A stretch of 30,397 nt of DNA from positions 1 through 30,397 of the IMG/VR virus record IMGVR_UViG_3300005805_000317. One strand, given 5' to 3'. Position 1 is the stretch's first letter. Each line of letters begins with the position of its first letter. The translations under genes were made by a program, and so were the position numbers. Below are positions 9,519-19,140 of the stretch, piece after piece. Under the pieces are notes generated by a model. That model had not been told where the DNA came from and made no database searches. It saw only the letters and a program-made list of their open reading frames with translations. Source of the stretch: a virus. Its lineage: Duplodnaviria > Caudoviricetes.

Positions 9519-11861
9519 TTATATTCTACCAGTTATCTCTGTATTGAATCTTGACTCAAGAATTCCCTCAAGTTGGATCTGTTCAAGAACCTGATCCCCC
9601 TTCATCTTTTGAATTCTCTCCTCCTTCATCAAGTCGATATTGGCCATTGCCGCGTGTTTCTGAACCTCAACCTGTGCCAACTGCTGTGCGCTTTGGACTT
9701 TTGCCATCTCTGCTTGTTGAGCAGCCTGAGCCATCATCATAGCATTTTGCTGTTGCATAGCCGTTTCGCTCTCAGTTTTTTGCTTCGCTGCACGTTCCTC
9801 GCTAATAGCCATATACCAAGTCGCCAGCTTAATCTCTCGCTTATCAAGTAGTTGTAGAACATACATATAGTCTGAAACGGACATCCCACGCTGACCATTC
9901 TTGCCTGCGTTCATGGACTGCATGGCGGCCATTTTAACGTCCTGAATCATCTGATCGTTTGGAAGGCTCTCAAGGCTAATGTTCAACTCCTCAAGGGTTG
10001 TCTCGCCAATATCAAGTATTGCCGCAACCTTTTCCTCACCTATGACCTTTGTCCAGTATTCCCTGCACTTATCATCAAACTGAATGTTGACAAGTGTTTT
10101 CATAACAATTGCCTTGGCCGCCTTTTCTTTCCACTTCCTAAGACCCTCCTTCAACGGGAACAGCGCATGGTTTGTAGCACTTATCTCAAGCTCAGAAATG
10201 CCAAGGCCCTTCTCCGAGTTAATTGACTTACCACCCATCATGAGTCGGCTGATCCCCGAAAGCTCGAGCGCTCTCTCATAATCGTGTACGAAGCAGGTAA
10301 TCCACTCCTGAAGCTGAGGGCCTATACCACCTTCAAGTTCTCGGATTGAGTTCTCCCCAGTGACTACCTTACCCTGCTGCATGGTGGTCTTGTAAATCTG
10401 AACACCATTCTGCCTCCTGATACTTATCAGGTCTTGAGGCTTGTATATCGCACCACCTATATTGATATTAGAAAGGGCGGCGATGTCAATGCTATATCCC
10501 TTCGGGGCAGCGGCCCACTTTGCGGCCTGAAGCTTCAAGCGGCACATCATAAGGCTGTCGTAGATTGGAATCAACCTTTCTGTAATCGCCTTTCCGGGGA
10601 CACGCTCAAAGAAGTATGAACAATATGCCGTAGCATAATCAGACTTCATGATATTTACCTGACGACCATAGTCGAAAACAAAGGAAGAGCCAACGATATA
10701 CTTACCGCAATAAATGGTTGCGTTTTGAATCTTATCAGTCTTCCTCTTACGTCCGTCAGAATAAGACTTACGTTCAGACCTGCTTTCATCAGACTCCTCA
10801 TCAAAGAAGTATTGAATCGCACCATCTTTAGTCTCTCTTTCGGTGTAAAACTTTGTGTCGAGTGAGCAGTATTCATACTCAAGTACATCAACAGTGATGT
10901 CCTCCCAACGCCATCTCTCCGTGTTGGGATCGTATTCACGGAAGTAATCCCATGACTGGGCCAAGTTCAAGGTGTTGTAATAAGACCTTGCAACCTGCAT
11001 GACCTCCTCAATTGTATATCCTTCAGCAAGGAGCTTAGCGCGGATGTCACACAGCCTAACCTTCTCCAAGTGCCCAACAAAGGTCGGGGTATCCCGATCC
11101 TCGTCAATCCAACTCATCACAAGGTTTTGAGGCTTGATGTGCTTAATCTTTGTGGCTCCAGTCTTCTCACAAGTATATACCTTACCACACACAAAGTTCA
11201 AGTCAATCTCATCCTCAATACCCCTTGAACGTATGCTTGTCCAGTCGCTCGATTCAAAGACGTGGGCACAAATGTCCTCCAAGGCCATCTCGTAGGTCAA
11301 CTTGATTCCACCGAGTCTCTCATATAACTCAAGCTCCTCCAAGTTCTGAGGCTCCCAAGGAAGCACGGGGAGAGGCAAACCAGCCATCTCACGAAGCGCC
11401 TTAAATTTAGTGTCGAAGTAAAGTGTGAACTTGCGTTTCTTCTTTTCCGCTATGCTGCCCGTAGACATACTAACTGCCTGAACCTTGTAGTCGGAGTTAG
11501 ATAAAACTGAAAGAATCGTAGACTTAAACGATGGTGCGGGGCTATCAATAGAGTAATCAACATTAGCATACCCCTTGCGGAAGAAGTCTGTGACCATATG
11601 CTCACCAGACGCAGGAGTGCCCTTCTCCTTCTTCTTGCCCGTCATCCAATCCTTATACTTGTCCGATGGTTGACGGCCATCTGAATAGAGGCGCATCAGC
11701 ATCATTTGGTCGCGGTTCTGAAAACCGTAGTACGTACTCCCCAAGCTGTAGCGAGACCAGATAGACCGAGCTACTGACTCTTGCCATTTGCGTCCCTCTT
11801 TCTTATTGACGGGGACGTCATCGCTTGGGAATACTATTGTTGGGCCTGAATATGCAAGCAC
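9519..11861 (-). CDS. Portal protein
   Basis: 780 aa, GTG start; FPSD, RLYSDGRQP..KYK, PQNLEELELY and LKLQ..AAPKG motifs with a Q/A/M-rich C-terminal barrel; follows terL. Confidence 0.9.
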   Translation of the reverse strand: MLAYSGPTIVFPSDDVPVNKKEGRKWQESVARSIWSRYSLGSTYYGFQNRDQMMLMRLYSDGRQPSDKYKDWMTGKKKEKGTPASGEHMVTDFFRKGYANVDYSIDSPAPSFKSTILSVLSNSDYKVQAVSMSTGSIAEKKKRKFTLYFDTKFKALREMAGLPLPVLPWEPQNLEELELYERLGGIKLTYEMALEDICAHVFESSDWTSIRSRGIEDEIDLNFVCGKVYTCEKTGATKIKHIKPQNLVMSWIDEDRDTPTFVGHLEKVRLCDIRAKLLAEGYTIEEVMQVARSYYNTLNLAQSWDYFREYDPNTERWRWEDITVDVLEYEYCSLDTKFYTERETKDGAIQYFFDEESDESRSERKSYSDGRKRKTDKIQNATIYCGKYIVGSSFVFDYGRQVNIMKSDYATAYCSYFFERVPGKAITERLIPIYDSLMMCRLKLQAAKWAAAPKGYSIDIAALSNINIGGAIYKPQDLISIRRQNGVQIYKTTMQQGKVVTGENSIRELEGGIGPQLQEWITCFVHDYERALELSGISRLMMGGKSINSEKGLGISELEISATNHALFPLKEGLRKWKEKAAKAIVMKTLVNIQFDDKCREYWTKVIGEEKVAAILDIGETTLEELNISLESLPNDQMIQDVKMAAMQSMNAGKNGQRGMSVSDYMYVLQLLDKREIKLATWYMAISEERAAKQKTESETAMQQQNAMMMAQAAQQAEMAKVQSAQQLAQVEVQKHAAMANIDLMKEERIQKMKGDQVLEQIQLEGILESRFNTEITGRI

Positions 11862-11878
11862 GATATTACACTTTAGGA

Positions 11879-11906
11879 CAAAAGTACCAACTTAGCGTCT
11901 TTACAA
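11879..11906 (-). promoter_or_regulatory. Bacteroidota sigma-70-type promoter for the portal/capsid operon
   Basis: TACTTTTG (11886-11879) with TTG 17 nt upstream, in the terL-portal gap. Confidence 0.55.
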
Positions 11907-11932
11907 TAATTCCACCAAAAGAAACCCGAATA

Positions 11933-14392
11933 TTACACAGAATATTCATCGAATGGTAAGCCGTCCATTTGTATAGGCGCACTACTCTCGTGGAACATTA
12001 TTGGGAACTGAGACTTTCGCCCTAAAAAGATCATACCAGCAGCGGCGAACAAGTCATAGTTGGTCATGTCTGACGGCCCATCAATGTTCATCCACTCCTC
12101 CAATAACTCTATGTGATTCTCCCACTCGGCAAAATTCCTGACGTGGGTCATGACGTCGGCAAATATCTCGTTCTTGGTCTCAGCGTTAGCCGAAACCTTT
12201 CTGCCCGGCATTGGAACCCTCACCCCATATTCATTGGTGTCGTGAAGTAGGTATCCGCCGTATCCCCACTTCCTGAAAAGTTCGGCAACAATAGGCACGT
12301 TCATTTCAGGGTATATGAATGAGGAGTAGAATATGCAAGTCTTTAGGCAGTCCTCAACGTACTCATCCTTGTCCTCCGATCGTACACTATATGTTAGAAC
12401 GAATTTGTTGCTTTGCCATTCTGAACGGGGCTTCTCTTCATAATCCTCTACAGTGTCCCGGTGTCTAAACACAGCAATAGCTCCATTTGACTTCTTTTGA
12501 CCCGCAACGTCCTTGGCATCAAACATAAACGGGTCAGCCCCGCATAAAAACTTATTGCAGCATATTGGATCGGGCATCCAACTATTTGCATCAGCATCGT
12601 ATTGTTTTCTGTTCCTGAATTGAGGAGAAGGAAATTGACTGACCATGAACTTCCCATCGGGGTCGTCTCGCCATACAACATCTCCACCAAAGTCGGAAAC
12701 CCACTCAAAGTTACCCTTCCTCGGCTTGATGAAGTTGTCGGGGCTTCTGCTAAAACGAATAGCATTTATCCTCTTGTTAAGGATCTTTCTGTCTATACCA
12801 TTGTTTCGTCCACCCTTGGTCATGGCCTCCCTTAGCGTCCACGGGAAGTCCCTCAGCTCCGTTATGTAGTCTTCGGGGGTAGCATCACGTTGAAGCATCT
12901 CACGCCTTGCCATCAGATAATTCTTCGCCCCCTTATTAATCCATTTCCCATTTATCCCTAAAATGGGAATTTTTGGATTCTCTATGATCGAGTTTCCGTA
13001 CTGATCAATGAAACCATCCAACCCATCAAAGGCTGGCTCCATAATGGTAAACAAACCTGTAGCCGTCTCCCCGTTGCTGTCCCTATTCTCCCACTTGCTT
13101 AGTGTAATAAGACGCTCGTACTGTCTTCCGCCACCACTATCCATCTCACCAACAGTCGATGGAATCATGCCAAGTCCATGTATTATCGGCCCCTGTGCAA
13201 GGGTTTTCTTGGCGATACCCCACCACTCCATGATGTCGTAACTATACCCGTCTATCTTTCCACCCTCGTCTCTGATGATGGCGTGAAGCTTTGTTCCGTC
13301 AAATGCCCTCTCGTTGGCGGCCCTTGGCTCTATCCATCCGTCATGGGCGTCTCGTTCTATACTTGCAGATAGGTTGGTTCGATCTGCCGGGGGTTGGAAG
13401 TTAAGTTTTGTCGCGGGGTTATTGCTACCATCATGTAGCGGTTTGTGCCAAAATGGTAGCTTTCTCCAAGGCCGTATAATCTTATCCTTGTAAACGTCAT
13501 CGGTCGCCATCTTATCATTGAGCGACTGCAATCCCGCGTGTCTTAAACGCTGTTCAGTTGTAATTAAATATGCTATGCAAGCAGCGGCACTTGTTGCTCC
13601 CCTTCTACGTCTCTTTGGATGAGCGAACCCATAACAAGTTCTCCTCTCCATATCTACAATAAAGCCGGGGTGTGGATTATTAGGCTCATTTAAGCCGTCA
13701 AGTATTGATGGTATATTCTTTTCTTTTAATGATTCGACAAACTTCTCCGCGCCAGCTAAGTCGCTGAAATAGTCCGTCTTGACCTTTCCAATCTCCCTGT
13801 ATGTGACCTTGAACTGAAAGTAACTATGAGTTGTTGTGTAGCAGTACCTTGCAAAATGAAAGAACCTTCTATCAATGTCCCTATAGTCGGGGTATCCGTC
13901 AGGTCTGTCACTTCCTATGTCCCAATAGTTTAGGTACACAAAGTGCCAACCATCAATGTATGTCGGCCTTCCGTTGATGAAGACCCAATAACCGTGATAC
14001 CTCCTCTTGATGTCCCTCTTGATCCAATCAATCTCATTCTTGTAATGGACTCGATTGTCCTCTATCTCGGAATAAAGGTCTGGAACGGTTATGCTATCCC
14101 CACGCTTTAGACTTTTCTTCTTCCTAATCGTGGAGTTTATACCCTTTATCTTGTCGGGGATTTGCTGATATGTAAACACTTGATCCTCAGCAGGCAAGCC
14201 ATATCCATCAACGTACTTTATGGCCTCCTCCCAAGTGGGAGTGTAGCCAAGAAAATTAGCATACCACTCAACAAGCGATGGCAACTTAATTTTTATGGTA
14301 GACAAGTCGGGATCGTGTTCGTTTATGTACACGAACTCATCTTCCTTGACGTACTGTAATAATATCTCCTGAGAAATCTCTTTATCAGACAT
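11933..14392 (-). CDS. terL: Terminase large subunit
   Basis: 819 aa; Walker A-like KRRRRGAT, Walker B IIRDEGGK, coupling motif STVG, nuclease motifs GADPF, YPEMN and YDLFAA. Confidence 0.92.
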   Translation of the reverse strand: MSDKEISQEILLQYVKEDEFVYINEHDPDLSTIKIKLPSLVEWYANFLGYTPTWEEAIKYVDGYGLPAEDQVFTYQQIPDKIKGINSTIRKKKSLKRGDSITVPDLYSEIEDNRVHYKNEIDWIKRDIKRRYHGYWVFINGRPTYIDGWHFVYLNYWDIGSDRPDGYPDYRDIDRRFFHFARYCYTTTHSYFQFKVTYREIGKVKTDYFSDLAGAEKFVESLKEKNIPSILDGLNEPNNPHPGFIVDMERRTCYGFAHPKRRRRGATSAAACIAYLITTEQRLRHAGLQSLNDKMATDDVYKDKIIRPWRKLPFWHKPLHDGSNNPATKLNFQPPADRTNLSASIERDAHDGWIEPRAANERAFDGTKLHAIIRDEGGKIDGYSYDIMEWWGIAKKTLAQGPIIHGLGMIPSTVGEMDSGGGRQYERLITLSKWENRDSNGETATGLFTIMEPAFDGLDGFIDQYGNSIIENPKIPILGINGKWINKGAKNYLMARREMLQRDATPEDYITELRDFPWTLREAMTKGGRNNGIDRKILNKRINAIRFSRSPDNFIKPRKGNFEWVSDFGGDVVWRDDPDGKFMVSQFPSPQFRNRKQYDADANSWMPDPICCNKFLCGADPFMFDAKDVAGQKKSNGAIAVFRHRDTVEDYEEKPRSEWQSNKFVLTYSVRSEDKDEYVEDCLKTCIFYSSFIYPEMNVPIVAELFRKWGYGGYLLHDTNEYGVRVPMPGRKVSANAETKNEIFADVMTHVRNFAEWENHIELLEEWMNIDGPSDMTNYDLFAAAGMIFLGRKSQFPIMFHESSAPIQMDGLPFDEYSV

Positions 14393-14664
14393 TAACGGTG
14401 CTTTGATGTCTTCTTGGCAATTTTCTTTGGCTGCTTAACAAACTGCTTACCCTTTTTATCACCCTCACGCTTGGCCTTGTTGGTTGCCGCCTTTTCACCA
14501 GATGACAACTCACCCCAAGCGGACTTGGGTAAATAACGCTTCTTGCCTTCTGACTTAACTTCCTTAGACGATCCCTTATTCTTGTTAGAATACGTGCCCG
14601 ATGTCATCCACTCCTGAGATGTCCAATCGCGCAAACTTTGTTGTGGGTCTTTCTTTGCCATCAT
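14392..14664 (-). CDS. Small basic protein, C-terminal half of a DUF5872-like family
   Basis: SLRDWTSQEW...RYLPKSAW...KGKQFVKQP motif; family name is from memory. Confidence 0.65.
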   Translation of the reverse strand: MMAKKDPQQSLRDWTSQEWMTSGTYSNKNKGSSKEVKSEGKKRYLPKSAWGELSSGEKAATNKAKREGDKKGKQFVKQPKKIAKKTSKHR

Positions 14665-14849
14665 TTTTTAGTTTTATAGCCACCGCCTTTTTTCTTGTAC
14701 TCTTTGGCAAGTAATTGTGCCTTCCTCGCACTCCACTCGCCCGGGTCACCTCCCTTGGTTCCCTTTTTGATTTTCTCAAACAGAGACTTACGCATTCCCG
14801 GCTTTGTGTACACCCCAGCCTCGTTTACCTTGGACTTTGTCTTTTTCAT
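14661..14849 (-). CDS. Small basic protein, N-terminal half of a DUF5872-like family
   Basis: YTKPGMR...KGGDPGEWSARKAQLLAKEYKKKGGGY motif; ATGA overlap with the next gene. Confidence 0.7.
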   Translation of the reverse strand: MKKTKSKVNEAGVYTKPGMRKSLFEKIKKGTKGGDPGEWSARKAQLLAKEYKKKGGGYKTKK

Positions 14850-14879
14850 TTTGCGAATATCTTTAGCAATTTAAACGTC

Positions 14880-14887
14880 CAAATATA
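14880..14887 (-). promoter_or_regulatory. -7 promoter element upstream of the small basic genes and terL
   Basis: TATATTTG in the 14850-14902 intergenic gap. Confidence 0.55.
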
Positions 14888-14902
14888 CAACATCGTAAGA
14901 AA

Positions 14903-15547
14903 TTATGGAACTATGCCGGGGAATACCGAGCTTGTCTCCCCATACTGAACAATGTATGTTTCGGGGTCTATGCCAAGATTTTCCTCAGCAAGGTACTGAC
15001 TAACCCCCTCATCAAGCTCCACACTCTTTTCCCTTTCAATGATTGAATCCTTCAGGGTCTTCAACATCTCCATGTTCGCCTTGATTGCGTCTTGTAATCG
15101 CTTCTCGTCCTGAACGTCATCAAACTTTGTAAACATCTGACTCAACAACAGGAACTGCTTTTCTTCTGCCGCCCTCAACAATGCCCACTCGTGGTTCTTG
15201 CACAGCCTAAGTAAAAGGACGGCCTTCTGAACAACTGACGTGTACTTAAATGCTATGAGACCATTGTAATGAACTGGTAATGAGTTCTTTCCCTCAACAC
15301 TAACATTTAGAAAGCCAAGGACTTTTGCCTTGCGAGACTTTAGCTCAGAGAAGTCGGAAACAAAGGGACTCCCCGGAGCATACATCAGTATCAAGTAACG
15401 CATCACGAAGTCTGGCGTCAACTCATTGGGCATATCACCCTGATCGCTAAATACATGAGCCATTCGACCCAAGTCCGGGTAATGCATAACCACAGACTTA
15501 TTGTCGGGGATTTGGTCTACCCTATATTTCAGTTTCGAAAAATCCAT
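14903..15547 (-). CDS. Putative terminase small subunit
   Basis: 214 aa helical protein with a YLILMYAPGSPF motif and C-terminal coiled coil, near terL; assignment mostly positional. Confidence 0.4.
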   Translation of the reverse strand: MDFSKLKYRVDQIPDNKSVVMHYPDLGRMAHVFSDQGDMPNELTPDFVMRYLILMYAPGSPFVSDFSELKSRKAKVLGFLNVSVEGKNSLPVHYNGLIAFKYTSVVQKAVLLLRLCKNHEWALLRAAEEKQFLLLSQMFTKFDDVQDEKRLQDAIKANMEMLKTLKDSIIEREKSVELDEGVSQYLAEENLGIDPETYIVQYGETSSVFPGIVP

Positions 15548-15842
15548 GAATAGTTTTTACAATTTGACTTTTAGGACTATCAGAATCAAAGTCCTGTAAT
15601 ATTCTCGCAATCAATCTATCTGCTGGGGTGTCTAAAAATCTGACATGGGTCGGGTACACAATATCAACATATCCACTATCATCCAAGACAATAAACCTTG
15701 GGTCTGAAACAAGTTGATTGTTAACAAACTCGTTATCAACACATTTTCCCACATACCATCCCAAAACCCCGTTGGAATCTATACCATCTTCGGGGCTATA
15801 ACCATGCTCAGGCTTAAGATATTTTATCCGCCAATTAAACAT
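15522..15842 (-). CDS. Hypothetical protein
   Basis: 106 aa ORF overlapping both neighbours in the operon. Confidence 0.6.
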   Translation of the reverse strand: MFNWRIKYLKPEHGYSPEDGIDSNGVLGWYVGKCVDNEFVNNQLVSDPRFIVLDDSGYVDIVYPTHVRFLDTPADRLIARILQDFDSDSPKSQIVKTIHGFFETEI

Positions 15843-16041
15843 TATTGTCGCTCATAATCTCCCTAAACATCTTAAATGCAATGTATGCACCATAGCCAAA
15901 GACTACTGACCACCATAAGATTGACGGAATGAAAACGATGACCAAGTCTATTTGATCATACATAATCTTTACAAAAGAAAGAACCATTGTAATGACAATC
16001 ATCAGGATAGTGAATCCGGGGAACCACCACTTTTTCTTCAT
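15835..16041 (-). CDS. Small membrane protein (2 TM)
   Basis: 68 aa; basic N-terminus and two hydrophobic stretches. Confidence 0.6.
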   Translation of the reverse strand: MKKKWWFPGFTILMIVITMVLSFVKIMYDQIDLVIVFIPSILWWSVVFGYGAYIAFKMFREIMSDNNV

Positions 16042-16862
16042 TATTTTTGTTTTAGTTTGTAAATAAGGTCAAGCTCCTCATCGCTTAGATTTTTAGCAAA
16101 ATCATCAAAAGAATATGGGGATCCGTCCCGTTCATCATACCTCCATAGATTGTCTTTGCTCTTAAAATCACAAACGTGAACACCGCTTATTCCAACTGGC
16201 GGCGCCCCGCATTCGGTCAGGATCGACTCAAGACTTACATCTAATCCCTTTTGAAGGCCCGTCTCCCAAATGCCTTCATTAACAATCTCTCCTCGCTTCC
16301 ATCTCTTTGAAGCACATAGGTATTCAGCCATTTGACGGGGTACAGTTTTCCTTTCTCGAATAGAAAATTTGTCGCCCGACATAATCCCGCGAATCTCAAT
16401 ACGCTCTATTGCATACTCAATTAATTCCCTTTTTAGCATACGGCCAGCGCCAAACAATCTCTTGATATTCAGGTCTCTTGGGTAGTCCCAATGCTTGCAA
16501 TCCCCGTTCTCAGTATTGTAAAACAAGCCGCCGTAAAAGCCTGAGTGCCTTGCATCTAAGCGAGTCAATATGCCCATCCCGGCATCCGTTATCACGTCAT
16601 CACTCCCCATAATCAAAAGGTGCGTCCAATCAGAATCGTTCATCGCTTGCCTAACACCATAGTTATGCTTATCGCTTATCGGGTCGTTGGCACACCTTAC
16701 GTTTTTGATTCCCATAATGTTGCATAGGGTTGCGTCTTCATCTGAAGAGCAAACAATAAAGAGTTCGCAGTCAAAGCTTTTTTGAAGCCTATCAACCCCC
16801 GCCTTAAATATCCGGAAAACATCATGGCGACCATGCATCGCCGCAAATATCTTTATCTTCAT
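16041..16862 (-). CDS. GT-A fold (GT2-like) glycosyltransferase
   Basis: FAAMHGR, N.PISDKHN.G, IMGSDD (DxD-like), GAGRML and GLD motifs. Confidence 0.7.
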   Translation of the reverse strand: MKIKIFAAMHGRHDVFRIFKAGVDRLQKSFDCELFIVCSSDEDATLCNIMGIKNVRCANDPISDKHNYGVRQAMNDSDWTHLLIMGSDDVITDAGMGILTRLDARHSGFYGGLFYNTENGDCKHWDYPRDLNIKRLFGAGRMLKRELIEYAIERIEIRGIMSGDKFSIRERKTVPRQMAEYLCASKRWKRGEIVNEGIWETGLQKGLDVSLESILTECGAPPVGISGVHVCDFKSKDNLWRYDERDGSPYSFDDFAKNLSDEELDLIYKLKQK

Positions 16863-17293
16863 ATTTTAATAAATGCAAATCCAGCGTCATTCATCTTGCC
16901 TATAACAGACTGAACCCTTCTATTGAAGTAGTGATCGGTTTGATACAAGTCTGCAAAACGCGATTTTCTGTAGCACACGGTTCCTTTGCTGCACTCAAAG
17001 TAGTTAGCCACCCATTCTTCTGTCACTCCTATGTGCAGAATAATGTAGGTGAAGGCTATACGACTATCGCTCTCGTCACGGGTTCCTTTGCGGCCACGGA
17101 GATACTCAACGGGGGTGCTGAATACCTCTGATACGCAGTTGGCAATTGTGTTCACAATCTTAACCCGATCAAGTTCTTGGTCGTGTTTCTCAATGAACAG
17201 GGCTGACACAAATTCATCCCACTTTTCGGGGTATATGAACTGCTTTACGTCAGCGTACTCTATGATTCTTAGTTTATCGGCCATAAGTAGCAA
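16859..17293 (-). CDS. DnaA domain IV (C-terminal HTH)-like protein
   Basis: IANCVSEVF...LRGRKGTRDESDSRIAFTY...VANYF..SKGTVCY...D..F pattern of Bac_DnaA_C. Confidence 0.7.
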   Translation of the reverse strand: MLLMADKLRIIEYADVKQFIYPEKWDEFVSALFIEKHDQELDRVKIVNTIANCVSEVFSTPVEYLRGRKGTRDESDSRIAFTYIILHIGVTEEWVANYFECSKGTVCYRKSRFADLYQTDHYFNRRVQSVIGKMNDAGFAFIKI

Positions 17294-17945
17294 TGATTGA
17301 TTTTGGTCTTATGTAATATAGTTCTTGTTTGTTGAACAAATCCGCATCTATAGGCAACGCAAGACCCCTAAACGCAATCCTCTCACCAACCTCTGGCTGA
17401 TACCACTCATCAGCCTCGCTTCCCAATGCAACGGGGACGGTAACAACTATACTCCTGTTGTCTTTCTTTGTTTGGATTTCGAGTTCGCTCTCCTTCTCCA
17501 ATTCAGGCTTAATGCCTATTACAAATCCATTAAGCGCCTCCCTTACACCATCCCTCTCACGCATAAATATCATTGGATACGGCACAAAAATGTAGAACGA
17601 GTCATCGCTCTTGACCACCCTCAATACACCGTCCCTATCTCCAGTAGCCTCCTCATGGAGGTATTGTGCTATAACATCGTATGCGAAGTAAACAACGTCA
17701 CCCGACAACACATTACAGTGCTTGTCCACGTTTGACCAACCTCCACCATACGATGTCTCAGAAGGAGTTGAGTATACCACTCCCCTTTTGGAGCTGTTTC
17801 GGGATCTCTCGGTGTCGGTTACAGACATGAGAACCAATGATTTACCATTGGCAAATGAAATGCTCTCATTCACCAAGCTGTCAACCCGTATGATTACGCA
17901 GCCTCTTTTTGGCTTTAGTGTTTTAACGCTATCAAGAAGCACCAT
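17274..17945 (-). CDS. Tandem two-domain GroES-like co-chaperonin
   Basis: Domain 1 LKPKRGCVIIR...GVVYSTP...VLSGDVVYF; domain 2 EALNGFVI...PEVGERIAF...LYYIRPKSIIA. Confidence 0.65.
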   Translation of the reverse strand: MVLLDSVKTLKPKRGCVIIRVDSLVNESISFANGKSLVLMSVTDTERSRNSSKRGVVYSTPSETSYGGGWSNVDKHCNVLSGDVVYFAYDVIAQYLHEEATGDRDGVLRVVKSDDSFYIFVPYPMIFMRERDGVREALNGFVIGIKPELEKESELEIQTKKDNRSIVVTVPVALGSEADEWYQPEVGERIAFRGLALPIDADLFNKQELYYIRPKSIIATYGR

Positions 17946-18186
17946 TTGCTGTTTTTTTTACGAGTTCAATATCGCTCTCTTCTACATACATCAAATCTTT
18001 GACAACTACCGCCCTCTTCCTTGAGAAGAATACTATGTCTCCCGGGGACACACTCGATACACGATCCCCAATAGACACAACCTCCGCATTTACAAGGGCC
18101 TCCTTCCTCATAAGGAAAAGGGATTTATCATCCTCTATCTCCTTGCAACATATAATTGTAGATACTGGCTTAATTTGCTGATTCAT
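17932..18186 (-). CDS. groES: GroES/Cpn10-like co-chaperonin
   Basis: IKPVST.I...AEVVSIGDRVSSVSPGDIVFF...LMYVEESDI matches the Cpn10 pattern. Confidence 0.8.
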   Translation of the reverse strand: MNQQIKPVSTIICCKEIEDDKSLFLMRKEALVNAEVVSIGDRVSSVSPGDIVFFSRKRAVVVKDLMYVEESDIELVKKTANGAS

Positions 18187-18491
18187 ATACTGTTAATTGC
18201 TTTTGCACATTTCTCCAAATGCCTTATCCACGGATTGTATTTAGGTGTTGCCTTGCCAGAAAACAACCACCCAAGAACATTCGATATCCTTTTCTTATTG
18301 ACCACCTTACCGTTCTCCTTGAACTTCCAAAACAATATTGCAAAGTGAACCGGACTTGCCTTAACTCCATGAGGAAGAAGTGCATAAACGGCTTTTTCGA
18401 CCCTCATGTTACACGATACAATCTCCTCAAGGGTGTACCTGCTTTTATTTTTTCTTAACGCTTTTTCTCCGTACTTGTGTTCTAATAGCAT
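18183..18491 (-). CDS. Hypothetical basic protein
   Basis: 102 aa ORF coupled to groES. Confidence 0.55.
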   Translation of the reverse strand: MLLEHKYGEKALRKNKSRYTLEEIVSCNMRVEKAVYALLPHGVKASPVHFAILFWKFKENGKVVNKKRISNVLGWLFSGKATPKYNPWIRHLEKCAKAINSI

Positions 18492-18723
18492 GGGTGGCTA
18501 TTTCGTGGTTTTCTGATTCTATGATTTTCTTCAGCCTCCTCATGTACTCCAAGCTTTCTTTTGTCAGCATCGGAAGGCCATTTGACCCAACGTACCGATA
18601 AAACTTGAAGGTGGGGAAATAAAGGCGCAGATAATCTTTTATGTTTATCCTATTGGAAATGAACCAACTACACAAATCTTGGTACGCTTTCCAATCGCGC
18701 CTTATTTCATCCCTATAAAACAT
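18445..18723 (-). CDS. Hypothetical protein
   Basis: 92 aa ORF whose start overlaps the SSB stop. Confidence 0.55.
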   Translation of the reverse strand: MFYRDEIRRDWKAYQDLCSWFISNRINIKDYLRLYFPTFKFYRYVGSNGLPMLTKESLEYMRRLKKIIESENHEIATHAIRTQVRRKSVKKK

Positions 18724-19103
18724 CAGAAAGGAAGCTCAGTATCTTCGTATGGAGTGTCTTCAACCTTTGGCTTGCTTACCGGGGCACTTGGCTGAGGATT
18801 GCTTTTAACCTCCATCTTGTTCGGAGAGTAGCTCGTCATGACCCCGATTTCCCAAGCCCTATTACTTGTGAACCACCTTCCGTCCTTTGACTTCCTTGAT
18901 GTTGGCTCAAACGTAACATCTATTTCGTCTCCAATACGGAGGCCATCAATCTTCTCAATGGCTGCATTAACAAACTCAAAGGCCGCATTCTTAGGGTACT
19001 TGCTTGACTTATCCTCAAGAACGATTTGCTTTGACACGAACTTGTCTGAGAATCTGTTTTCTGGGCCGATCTCAATTACTACGCCCTTGTACTTGTTATT
19101 CAT
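18723..19103 (-). CDS. Single-stranded DNA-binding protein, DUF3127 type
   Basis: Start moved to 19103 (MNNKYKG); KYP..AAFEF...GDEIDVTF...GRWFTS.RAW motif and an acidic tail ending ELPF. Confidence 0.85.
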   Translation of the reverse strand: MNNKYKGVVIEIGPENRFSDKFVSKQIVLEDKSSKYPKNAAFEFVNAAIEKIDGLRIGDEIDVTFEPTSRKSKDGRWFTSNRAWEIGVMTSYSPNKMEVKSNPQPSAPVSKPKVEDTPYEDTELPF

Positions 19104-19107
19104 ATGG

Positions 19108-19138
19108 CAAATATATGTAATTTTGTTTATCGTTGCAA
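19108..19138 (-). promoter_or_regulatory. Promoter for the SSB gene (leaderless spacing)
   Basis: TTG-N20-TATATTTG-CCAT-ATG. Confidence 0.75.
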
Positions 19139-19140
19139 GT

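Noticed and set aside
13649-13837. Intein in terL
   Set aside because: Too short, with no C-terminal HN-[CST] or LAGLIDADG motifs.
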